Origin: Lachnospiraceae bacterium
GTDB taxonomy: Bacteria > Bacillota > Clostridia > Lachnospirales > Lachnospiraceae
Direction: 5' to 3'
NCBI GenBank assembly: GCA_014804605.1
Contig: JAAUZM010000027.1
Span: 45,220-109,219, forward strand
Length of the DNA: 64,000 bases
Shown piece by piece: positions 10,687-18,833 of the stretch. The notes under the pieces are model-generated. The model did no database searches. It had not been told where the DNA came from and worked only from the letters and a program-made list of their open reading frames with translations. The number at the start of each line of letters is the position of its first letter. Position 1 is the first letter of the stretch. The position numbers and the translations under genes were made by a program.

Positions 10687-10785
10687 CTATTTCTTGTCTA
10701 CCCAAATCTTAAAGGCCTTTTTACCGTAGTCTTTTGCGTAAATTCTTGTGCCTTTAACCGTTATCCATGCGCGAAAAATATACAT
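10687..10785 (-). CDS. small basic protein (32 aa)
   Basis: Hand-translated as MYIFRAWITVKGTRIYAKDYGKKAFKIWVDKK*; GGAGGG 7 nt upstream; too short for the ORF track. Confidence 0.35.
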   Translation of the reverse strand: MYIFRAWITVKGTRIYAKDYGKKAFKIWVDKK

Positions 10786-10902
10786 AAACACGCCCTCCTT
10801 TCACAATTACTGCTTGCGAAAGTCGAACAGCGATGTTATAATTATTCTTGCCAGGAATAATTACATACCAGTTGAATCGCTGTATGGCCTTTCAACAAAC
10901 AG

Positions 10903-10929
10903 CCAAGCATCTCGTGTGCTTGGTTTTTT
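10903..10929. terminator. intrinsic terminator downstream of the ImmA-like gene
   Basis: CCAAGCA-TCTCGTG-TGCTTGG followed by TTTTTT on the plus strand; the minus-strand side has CTGTTTGTTG. Confidence 0.5.
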
Positions 10930-10952
10930 CTATGTAATGAAGTTGTACTCCC

Positions 10953-11462
10953 TTACATCGCTTTATGGTATTCATTGTACTGTATCTGCGCTGCCATAAG
11001 TGACATCCCGCATTTATTTGCTATATCCTGTACTGTCATGCCGCGCACTAATTCGCATGGAGCCAATAACTCGCCCGCAAAAACATTGGCCTGCCATTCA
11101 GGATTCATATATGCTGGTACTTCTCCTCTGGCAAAGCTGACTCTATCTGGCGTATGAAGGAGAAAATGCCCCAATTCATGAGCTAATGTAAATCGATGTC
11201 TGGGGTTACCCTCTACAGCCTTATCATATACATCCTCTCTGATTTTCATAACTCTCATCCCAGTATGAGTAACCCCATAGGCATTTCCCATCTCATTCAC
11301 TGATACAATTTCATAGTCAAATCCCAGCATTGGCAATATCCATTCAATAAATCTAACAATTGGGAAATTTAGTTCATTTTCCAAGCCAAACATTTGTCTA
11401 AACCTCCGAACAAATTCTCTTAAATTCTTCCTCGACATTGGCGTTACAGATATTTTTTCCAT
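10953..11462 (-). CDS. ImmA/IrrE-family (COG2856) zinc metallopeptidase
   Basis: HEXXH motif in FTLAHELGHFLLH. Start trimmed to MEKISV (ATG 11462, GGAGGG 8 nt upstream). Immediately downstream of the XRE gene. Confidence 0.8.
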   Translation of the reverse strand: MEKISVTPMSRKNLREFVRRFRQMFGLENELNFPIVRFIEWILPMLGFDYEIVSVNEMGNAYGVTHTGMRVMKIREDVYDKAVEGNPRHRFTLAHELGHFLLHTPDRVSFARGEVPAYMNPEWQANVFAGELLAPCELVRGMTVQDIANKCGMSLMAAQIQYNEYHKAM

Positions 11463-11479
11463 AATGTTCTCCCTCCATA

Positions 11480-11827
11480 TCACATTTTCAGTAGCTTTCG
11501 CCACTTATCTTTTTCATCATCACCTAGCCCATTTAATTGCCTTGCAAAGGCAAACATCATATCCTTATCACCCTGCGATAAGGAATCTACTCTTATCACA
11601 TTTTCTCTGGCTTCGCTCATATACTTCTCTAATTCCAGTGCCTGCTCCTTATTTAGTTGATATTCTGAAATAATGATTTTCTTCCACTCCATCGGCGGCT
11701 TTGCCTTGCCATTTTCAACCCTAGATAAAAACGCAGATGACACTCCTAACTTCTCTGCCATATCATATAATAAATCGCCATGATCCATCCTTATGTTACG
11801 GCAAAACTTTCCAAATTTCGTTACCAT
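11480..11827 (-). CDS. XRE-family HTH transcriptional regulator
   Basis: FGKFCRNIRMDHGDLLYDMAEKLGVSSAFLSRVENGK. Start trimmed to MVTKFGKF (ATG 11827, GGAGG 8 nt upstream). Confidence 0.8.
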   Translation of the reverse strand: MVTKFGKFCRNIRMDHGDLLYDMAEKLGVSSAFLSRVENGKAKPPMEWKKIIISEYQLNKEQALELEKYMSEARENVIRVDSLSQGDKDMMFAFARQLNGLGDDEKDKWRKLLKM

Positions 11828-12238
11828 AGTGTTCGCCTCCATTTGTATTCGCACTCCTACTAATTTCAACTTTACCATATTGAGGTTTATTTGTAAATAC
11901 TTTTTAATTATTTTATTAATTTATTTTTGATTAATTCAGAGTAGGCATAATCTCCCTTTAACAAACTTGCGATCATATTAAGCAAAGTCCCATAGCTTTT
12001 ATAAAGTCGGGGAACAAAAGATATATTAAGAAAAACAAAATTAAGAAATAAAGAAGAAGTTGAAATTTGTAGTCGAAAACTGTTGCTATTTGTAATTGGA
12101 TTACAGCTATGCAGTTTTTCAACTAATGTTATAATTAAAAAAGATGGCGGCAGTTGATAAGTTACATTAATGGATAATCAGTATTCTAAATCATCGTACA
12201 TCACGTTGTTGTAGCAACGTTCATCCTTAGTAAATTAT

Positions 12239-12388
12239 CTACCGTCTGGTAGCTTTATCATTGAAGCAGACAATCCAGCTTTTATATAGGGTAATTGCAA
12301 CACTGACAAATGTATACAGCGTACTGAAGTCAATGCCATAACATGCATACCCAATCATGGAGATGACTAATCCAATGATGGCTTCCAT
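12239..12388 (-). CDS. small hydrophobic peptide (49 aa)
   Basis: Hand-translated as MEAIIGLVISMIGYACYGIDFSTLYTFVSVAITLYKSWIVCFNDKATRR*; AAGGAG 7 nt upstream; lies in an otherwise non-coding AT-rich 690-bp gap. Confidence 0.4.
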   Translation of the reverse strand: MEAIIGLVISMIGYACYGIDFSTLYTFVSVAITLYKSWIVCFNDKATRR

Positions 12389-12570
12389 AGAACCACTCCT
12401 TTCGGAAGTATGTCCGCCATCATATTTTTATAATATCAGAACACATTCCAACTATCAACTGATTATTAGATTCTTATTGCTCAAACTAATAGCTGAACCT
12501 AGACTGATAATCTGAATGTCTCCTCTTGTACGTGAGTTGTAACACTCTCTTATTTATTGTGTATATGAAA

Positions 12571-13239
12571 TTATGAAGATAACTTCTCCCACGTCTTAGC
12601 TCCGACAATTGCGTCTACAGTTAAGCCATTAGCTTTCTGGAATACCTTGACTGCTGCCAGTGTCTTGTATCCGAAGATTCCGTCTATAGCACCAACTTCA
12701 TAACCTTTAGCTTTCAATATCTGCTGCAGTTCCTTGACTGACGATCCCTCACTTCCTTTTTTCAGAATCGGGTGTGCCTTAGACAATACTGCTGCCGTCT
12801 CATTGTCCCCAGAAACATTGGCACTCAGAAACAATGCTCTTTCTTCCTGCCGGCGCCGTGTCAGCCCAGAAAGACCCTTGCCTGCTGCCTTGTTATACAG
12901 CAGCATCTTCTCCGCAATGACTTCCCTGCTTCTGGTGCCTCCGGCGGTGAGCTGATCGATGCTCCCAAGGTTAAACGCAAAGGATACAAGCGCATCGAAC
13001 TCATGCTGGGTCCATCTGTACCTACTGTAAAAGTTATTTACTTTCTTTTCAAACTTTTCCAGATCTGCGATCAGGATTGCTTCCGCCTGTGCCTGCGTGA
13101 TCTTTTGTCCGGACTTCACATCTCCCGTATGTCCGTAACCGATGGTCCAGACTCCAGCCAGACATTTATAAGCATCCAGCCGGCAGCCTTCATATCTTTT
13201 GATCAGGTCTATGCCTGCCTGTCCTGTCTTTAACCCCAT
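12571..13239 (-). CDS. endolysin: GH24 (T4-type) lysozyme plus C-terminal PG_binding_1 domain
   Basis: IDLIKRYEGCRLDAYKCLAGVWTIGYGHTG catalytic region; C-terminal VKELQQILKAKGYEVGAIDGIFGYKTLAAVKVFQKANGLTVDAIVGAKTWEKL. Confidence 0.9.
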   Translation of the reverse strand: MGLKTGQAGIDLIKRYEGCRLDAYKCLAGVWTIGYGHTGDVKSGQKITQAQAEAILIADLEKFEKKVNNFYSRYRWTQHEFDALVSFAFNLGSIDQLTAGGTRSREVIAEKMLLYNKAAGKGLSGLTRRRQEERALFLSANVSGDNETAAVLSKAHPILKKGSEGSSVKELQQILKAKGYEVGAIDGIFGYKTLAAVKVFQKANGLTVDAIVGAKTWEKLSS

Positions 13240-13544
13240 TACTTGATACCTCCAATCTGTGCGATGGCCTGCTTAACTTTATCATATCCGAGCATACTTC
13301 CCAGCCAGTTGGCCACTCCCATCAAGGCAAGATATACGCTGTTAAGGGCATTAAAAGGTACCTGATAATTTACATAGTAGAGAGCCGTTGCCCCGCATCC
13401 TACGATCATCGCCACGATCAGCACTAAGATATTCGTCGCGTATGAAACATTCTGTTCATCCAGAAGTCTCTTGATTCCCTCTGTAAGCAGCGAAGTCACC
13501 GCCGCACACACTGTCAATATGATTAAAAACATCGTTACTGTCAT
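13239..13544 (-). CDS. holin (three predicted TM segments)
   Basis: 101 aa; three hydrophobic helices and a charged C-terminus; abuts the endolysin start. Confidence 0.75.
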   Translation of the reverse strand: MTVTMFLIILTVCAAVTSLLTEGIKRLLDEQNVSYATNILVLIVAMIVGCGATALYYVNYQVPFNALNSVYLALMGVANWLGSMLGYDKVKQAIAQIGGIK

Positions 13545-13858
13545 AATTCATCCTCACTTTCCGGTTGCACCGGTGCAACCTCTTCACTTTCTGTTTCGTT
13601 ATACATATACTGCTCCTTTAACCGCACCCGCTGCTCTTCCTTTGTCTCGAAATAGGATTTTACACTGTAAACAAGGAATGCACCTACGATCTCCGTCACA
13701 ATTAGCCCGCCCATCGTCTCCGCGATCTGATCCCGCCCCAGCAGCGCGAGCAGAAACGGAAACTGCATATCAACCAGCGCCACATTGATGATCCGGGTCA
13801 TCATCTTTTTGGTGTATGTATGATACCGGCGTGGTCTGGTCTGTCCGCTCTCTTCCAT
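13541..13858 (-). CDS. lysis-cassette membrane protein with acidic tail
   Basis: Start trimmed to ATG 13858 because the longer ORF overlaps the XhlA-like gene. The C-terminus ...SEEVAPVQPESEDEL carries palindrome copy 1. Confidence 0.5.
   Translation of the reverse strand: MEESGQTRPRRYHTYTKKMMTRIINVALVDMQFPFLLALLGRDQIAETMGGLIVTEIVGAFLVYSVKSYFETKEEQRVRLKEQYMYNETESEEVAPVQPESEDEL
13564..13579. repeat. 16-bp perfect palindrome GTTGCACCGGTGCAAC, copy 1 of 7
   Basis: Exact match, preceded by CCG; read as VAPVQ in the 13541..13858 gene. Confidence 0.95.
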
Positions 13859-13884
13859 TGTCCTCAGTCCTTTCCCGCAATGAT

Positions 13885-14145
13885 CTACACGATCGCGACT
13901 ACCGCAGCAATCACCGCACTTATGACCGCGCCGATCGCTGCGCCGGCGCTTGTCCTGCTCAGCCATTTGTTCCTATCCTGCAGATCCGCAATATCCTCTG
14001 CCTGCTGCGCGTTCTGCTCCTGCAGTTTGATTATTTCCCGCTGGTTATCATAGATCTGTTTCTTACTGTTGTCCCAGCTCTCGATCTTTGATTCGATCTT
14101 GATCAGGCGGTCTAAGACTTCCCTCTCGAAACTATTCTCCGGCAT
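13885..14145 (-). CDS. XhlA-like lysis-associated protein (coiled coil plus C-terminal TM)
   Basis: 86 aa; N-terminal coiled coil and C-terminal AAIGAVISAVIAAVVAIV anchor; positioned like PBSX xhlA upstream of holin and lysin; GGAGGA SD. Confidence 0.6.
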   Translation of the reverse strand: MPENSFEREVLDRLIKIESKIESWDNSKKQIYDNQREIIKLQEQNAQQAEDIADLQDRNKWLSRTSAGAAIGAVISAVIAAVVAIV

Positions 14146-14163
14146 AATTTTCCTCCTTCCCTG

Positions 14164-14373
14164 TTACTGTATCATCTGCTCACTTTTTATCTGCTGTCGT
14201 ACCTGACTGATCTGATCCGTCGGCGGTCCATTCGCCGGAAACATTGTTGCAACAGCTATTGCAGCAACTGATGCCATAAAAATAATATAAATTGCTGTCA
14301 GTATCTTTTTATTCCCACTTTCCGTTCTCCGGCATAGCTCCTCATGCTCTTTTTTTGATATATAGTCTTCCAT
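14164..14373 (-). CDS. small single-pass membrane protein
   Basis: 69 aa ORF with one TM (ILTAIYIIFMASVAAIAVATMF); weak SD. Confidence 0.4.
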   Translation of the reverse strand: MEDYISKKEHEELCRRTESGNKKILTAIYIIFMASVAAIAVATMFPANGPPTDQISQVRQQIKSEQMIQ

Positions 14374-14400
14374 ATTATTTCACATCGCTTTTTCAAGTTG

Positions 14401-15714
14401 TTATTCAACAGATGAATCGATCAAATCTTCTGTAGTCTCCTGCCCCGCCTGTGCACCTTTAAGTGCATCCATTCTTTTCGTGAGATTATTGATCTGCTCT
14501 TGCAGTTGCTGTAGGCTGGATAGTAGACTGTTATATCTACCTTCCACTTCCATTTGCAGTCCAAACAGCGAAATCGTCCTATTATTAAATGCTGTCTGTA
14601 CATCTCCTTCAATCCATACATTTCCTTTAAGCTGTGCACCTCCCGCTATTGTTGCATTGCCATTCCAGTCAATTTCTACAATATTCTTTCTGTCTGTATC
14701 AGACGTTCCGCCGCCGATAATCACAGCGCCGCTTTTGGCGGAATTATACTTGCCTCCAGCATGTTGTGCCATATCCGCAGCCATTACTCCCAGCCCCTCT
14801 GCGTGAGAATATGGTGGTGCAGCTGTGGTATTGTATCCCTCGGCATGAGCGCAAGTCATATTTGCTACCGTACCGTATCCCTCTGCATGGGAATAATCTC
14901 CATTTGCAGTCGTCTCGTTCCCTTCTGCGTGACTTGACTGGCCTCTCGCATTCGTTTTATTTCCCTCTGCGTGGGAATAACTGCCGATTGCAGTCGTCTC
15001 ATTCCCCTCTGCATGGGCAGCGTATGTGCTGGGAGAATTGCCGGCAATTGTCTTATATCCTTCTGAGTGAGAATAATGTCCTCCTGCGCAGGTTTCAAAT
15101 CCTTCTGCATGTTGAGAATTTGTCGCAGCCGGATATTCTTCCAATCCTGCCACTGTGCCATGTCCTTCAGCATGAGACTGAATTCCTATCGCTTTCGTAC
15201 CGTATCCCTCTGCATGAGATTGATTCCCGATCGCATTCGCGGAATACCCTTCCGCATGAGAAGAATAACCTTCAGCCTTTGACAGCCTCCCTTCGGCGTG
15301 GCTATAATTTCCGGAAGCTACCGTATCACCACCTTCAGCATGTGAAGGACTCCCGGAAGCCGTCGTATCTGTTCCTGACGCGGCAGAAAAGTCTCCCGAT
15401 GCGGTTGTTCTACTTCCTTCCGCGCAGGAATTCGCACCACTTGCACTAGTCATAAATCCGTATGCACGTGCATTTCTACCGGATGCAATGCCGTTATCTC
15501 CCCACGCGATACTCTGATCTCCTTTTACACTCTCGTTTTGCCTCCCAAGATTAATCGAATCATCATCGTATATCTCTTTCAGAGCACGGTTGTCCTTCGC
15601 TTCCTTGATTCCGGATTCGATATGCTCCAAGTCATCTGCCAGAATCGGTGTTATGCTATTAGGCTTATCCATCCAGTCTTCGTGCACCTTTGTGTATGTA
15701 TCTCTGGTTGCCAT
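14401..15714 (-). CDS. tail fibre with YadA-head-like (Hep_Hag-type) repeats and C-terminal coiled coil
   Basis: 437 aa; roughly 18 tandem 14-residue units built on xSHAEGxxTxAxGx; C-terminal LLSSLQQLQEQINNLTKRMDALK. Confidence 0.7.
   Translation of the reverse strand: MATRDTYTKVHEDWMDKPNSITPILADDLEHIESGIKEAKDNRALKEIYDDDSINLGRQNESVKGDQSIAWGDNGIASGRNARAYGFMTSASGANSCAEGSRTTASGDFSAASGTDTTASGSPSHAEGGDTVASGNYSHAEGRLSKAEGYSSHAEGYSANAIGNQSHAEGYGTKAIGIQSHAEGHGTVAGLEEYPAATNSQHAEGFETCAGGHYSHSEGYKTIAGNSPSTYAAHAEGNETTAIGSYSHAEGNKTNARGQSSHAEGNETTANGDYSHAEGYGTVANMTCAHAEGYNTTAAPPYSHAEGLGVMAADMAQHAGGKYNSAKSGAVIIGGGTSDTDRKNIVEIDWNGNATIAGGAQLKGNVWIEGDVQTAFNNRTISLFGLQMEVEGRYNSLLSSLQQLQEQINNLTKRMDALKGAQAGQETTEDLIDSSVE
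14710..15490 (-). repeat. tandem 42-nt (14-aa) degenerate coding repeats in the fibre gene
   Basis: Recurring YSHAEGY/SSHAEGN/QSHAEGH units seen in the translation; boundaries approximate. Confidence 0.6.
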
Positions 15715-15724
15715 GATATCCCTC

Positions 15725-17008
15725 CTATTCTTTTTCTAGCTCATTTATTTCTCCTCGGATTATAAAAAAATTCCCAGAAGACTCCTTAAGATATACATTG
15801 TCAAAATATACTATTGCTTCTCTTTCATCATATTCTTCATCGTTGCTGTGAGTCATTCCGTAACCGCACAATCCGTTTATCTTTTTTGCTCCAAATTCTT
15901 TGTTTTTAAAATATATATCCGAATAATACGCAATACTGCAACCAACCGAATAGCCATCGGTGGGGGACGGAACATTGCCACCTACATAGATTTCTGCATA
16001 ACGATTCGTTCTGGCGTTTTTTATACTAACAGCGGAATTAAATGTTATAAAATTTTCTTCCTTAAATCCTGCGCTTGTTATCGAATAAATACCGATCGAT
16101 CTTTTATCGTTACCGTCTCGTAAATTATAAATAAAAATCACAACTTCCTTTTCATCAGCGTACAAAACCTTCATCGATACAACATCTGATAAAGTTATAT
16201 CTTCCATTCTTTTCAATGTAGTGAATTTACCTTGAACTGGATCGAATTTCTGTACGGTCATTACGTAACCTTGAAGGTCTTTTGCGCCGACACACCATAT
16301 TTCATCTTGGACGTTAAACAAATTTACGCGCGTATTCAGTTCATAATGTTCAATCTGTTTAAATGATTCTTCGACAACGCCGCTTGTATTAACTATATCT
16401 ATGCTCAAGTGACTACTGCCTTCACTACGCCAAAAAACATATTTCTTACCATATCCGTTTGCTATCGTGCGTGGTTCAGACACTCCCGATATTCCATATT
16501 CAGTCTCAATGCATTCCTGTATATCTCCATTAATGTCAAAATTCAAAATAAACCACTTCTGGCTTCCTGTGCTTTGGTTTCCGTATGTAATAGCGCACGA
16601 ATTATCGTTAATTACAACAATTTGATTGCCAGAAAATGGCTGCGAAAACGGTTCTAGGTTTATTTTTTTCCATTTGACAGCGTCCTTTGAATATGCATAG
16701 AAGTACATCTGATATCCATCAGATTTCATGCCTTCTGGGGAAAACTGCGCAACTAAAGCTTTTCCTACCAATGTTATGTACTGTATTCCTCCGTAATAAG
16801 GAATTTCGTCAATATATTTTTCTTTTACATCCGCAAGCGCAATTCCGCTATAATAATCTCTTTTTTCTACAAAAAACTCGTCCGGATATAATTTTTCCCA
16901 AACAAGTTCTGCGCCTTTATATAATTTGTCATGAAACTTCCCGTCATAAAATAAATCCTTATGATCTGTTCCTTGATAAATCAATCTTGAACTTTGCTTT
17001 CCCATCAC
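15725..17008 (-). CDS. tail-tip/receptor-binding-region structural protein (by position)
   Basis: 427 aa ORF between the tail-tip protein and the fibre; no family recognised. Confidence 0.45.
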   Translation of the reverse strand: MMGKQSSRLIYQGTDHKDLFYDGKFHDKLYKGAELVWEKLYPDEFFVEKRDYYSGIALADVKEKYIDEIPYYGGIQYITLVGKALVAQFSPEGMKSDGYQMYFYAYSKDAVKWKKINLEPFSQPFSGNQIVVINDNSCAITYGNQSTGSQKWFILNFDINGDIQECIETEYGISGVSEPRTIANGYGKKYVFWRSEGSSHLSIDIVNTSGVVEESFKQIEHYELNTRVNLFNVQDEIWCVGAKDLQGYVMTVQKFDPVQGKFTTLKRMEDITLSDVVSMKVLYADEKEVVIFIYNLRDGNDKRSIGIYSITSAGFKEENFITFNSAVSIKNARTNRYAEIYVGGNVPSPTDGYSVGCSIAYYSDIYFKNKEFGAKKINGLCGYGMTHSNDEEYDEREAIVYFDNVYLKESSGNFFIIRGEINELEKE

Positions 17009-18414
17009 TCTACCACCACAATTCCTTGCACTGCATATAACGTATTTTCGTCTGGTATTGCCGGGTAATCATCAATCGTCGGAAGAGACACCAGCTTTAA
17101 TCCTCCACCACCCTCAAAATTCTCAAACATCCCGTCTATCGTTTCCTTATCGTAGTAGTCGTCCAGATCCGGCATAGGTACATCACCGCCGGTATACTGC
17201 TTCTTTTTCAGGATGTCGATCTGTGTCTGCAGGTCTGTGATAAACTCTGTCTGGTACTCTTCCCCCTCCGCGCTGTATGTATCCCTCAACGCCTGTATGC
17301 CGCTTAAGTTTCTGTTCAGCACGGGAAATGATTTTTCCATGTAGATAATATCTCCGGACGTGTTTTCCTCTGAATAAGTCGCTTCATAATCAATCATCAT
17401 GTAATTGACTACATTTAAGCCACATTCCACGAACGGGAGTCCGTTGTTGTCTGATCTATACGGATAATAGGAAAATCCCTGTACACTGTTGTATACATTC
17501 ATAGCAATAGCCGATAAAACATCTTTTGAAAGTCCGTAAGAGAACATGTTTCCCTGAATAATATAGTTGTTCTCTCCCGTTCCGTAAGTGACGCCCTCAT
17601 CTTCTTCGGACTGGCGGATCGTAACGCGGTCAACAGGACGCACTTCAAATTCCTCATGTTTGACTTCCTTGTAAAATGGAAAGCCTGTCTGTGTAAGTTC
17701 CTGATTTCTTAACGCTGTGTTTGCTCCCGGGAATGTATCCGGTCCGGGAAAAAGCGTCGGACCCGGATATGTGCCGTTATCATACATTTCACTGAGTATC
17801 CTGTATTCAAATTTCCCTTCACGGTTAATGATCCCGAATGCACCGTTGATCTGGCAGAATGCCTTGATTACAGATAACGCCTGCAAAGTGTTTGGGGCGT
17901 ACTGCTTATTGATCGTAATGGCATCGTTCGGCAGGCTTGTTTCCACCTGTTCCAAACCGACGAAATCAAACAGACTGTCACGCAGGTCTTTCAAGCTGAT
18001 CGGGAAGGTAAGGGATTTATACCACGCTGCGACTTCGGTGTTGCCACGGGTATACAGGTCATCATAAGCGGTGATTTCCTTGATCCGCTTATTGCTCTGC
18101 TTCATCGCGCTGTCTACGATTCCATTAAACAGCGCCACCGGCTCTTCTTCCGTACCGTCCGTCCATATTCTTACAATAATCCTTTTCCCTTTTACATCTT
18201 CCTTCAGGTCCTGCACATTAATCTTGAATTTACTGGCAATACAGCCGACAAATTCTATGCTCTCCTTATCCACCAGACTCTCCGAAAGGCTCATGGACTC
18301 TGAATGTATCGGAGTTCCGCTGATTTCTTTGTCCAGTTCAGGAAAATATAAGGCAATATGTTTTGTTACCGAATCCTGCTTATACGCATTTTTTACATTG
18401 TCTGATACTTCCAT
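17005..18414 (-). CDS. tail-tip (Tal-like) structural protein
   Basis: 469 aa; second gene after the tape measure; 4-nt overlap with the next gene. Confidence 0.55.
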   Translation of the reverse strand: MEVSDNVKNAYKQDSVTKHIALYFPELDKEISGTPIHSESMSLSESLVDKESIEFVGCIASKFKINVQDLKEDVKGKRIIVRIWTDGTEEEPVALFNGIVDSAMKQSNKRIKEITAYDDLYTRGNTEVAAWYKSLTFPISLKDLRDSLFDFVGLEQVETSLPNDAITINKQYAPNTLQALSVIKAFCQINGAFGIINREGKFEYRILSEMYDNGTYPGPTLFPGPDTFPGANTALRNQELTQTGFPFYKEVKHEEFEVRPVDRVTIRQSEEDEGVTYGTGENNYIIQGNMFSYGLSKDVLSAIAMNVYNSVQGFSYYPYRSDNNGLPFVECGLNVVNYMMIDYEATYSEENTSGDIIYMEKSFPVLNRNLSGIQALRDTYSAEGEEYQTEFITDLQTQIDILKKKQYTGGDVPMPDLDDYYDKETIDGMFENFEGGGGLKLVSLPTIDDYPAIPDENTLYAVQGIVVVE

Positions 18415-18422
18415 GCCATCTC

Positions 18423-18824
18423 CTAATATTCAATAAACAGCCAGTCCATCTCATTGTACTTTGTCGGCACTCCGTTTTTGTCCACCTCGTCCCGTTTTGC
18501 TTGGAAACTCTTATCCAGATAAAACTCCCCGGTTTTAAATGTTCCGCTCTCGTCATCGTAATAAGTGCAGTTCGCATTCCGAAGTTTATAATCAATATAG
18601 TTGCTTACTATGCCGGACATAATCCCGCGGAACTCTGCACCGCTCATTGAAAGCGTCGTAAACTTTATCTCTGTCTTGGTATGGGGCATTCCGTTATCGT
18701 GGGTTACGCCGTACATATCCGTATAAGGATCGAGGCTCTGCCTCTGGTTCGGCTTTATATCGGGTGAACCCTTCTTTATTAATCTGTCCGGGAAGTCGTA
18801 GTTTCCGAATCTAAACTGTGCCAT
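18423..18824 (-). CDS. small distal-tail protein (by position)
   Basis: 133 aa, immediately downstream of the tape measure gene. Confidence 0.45.
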   Translation of the reverse strand: MAQFRFGNYDFPDRLIKKGSPDIKPNQRQSLDPYTDMYGVTHDNGMPHTKTEIKFTTLSMSGAEFRGIMSGIVSNYIDYKLRNANCTYYDDESGTFKTGEFYLDKSFQAKRDEVDKNGVPTKYNEMDWLFIEY

Positions 18825-18833
18825 ATGTAACCT

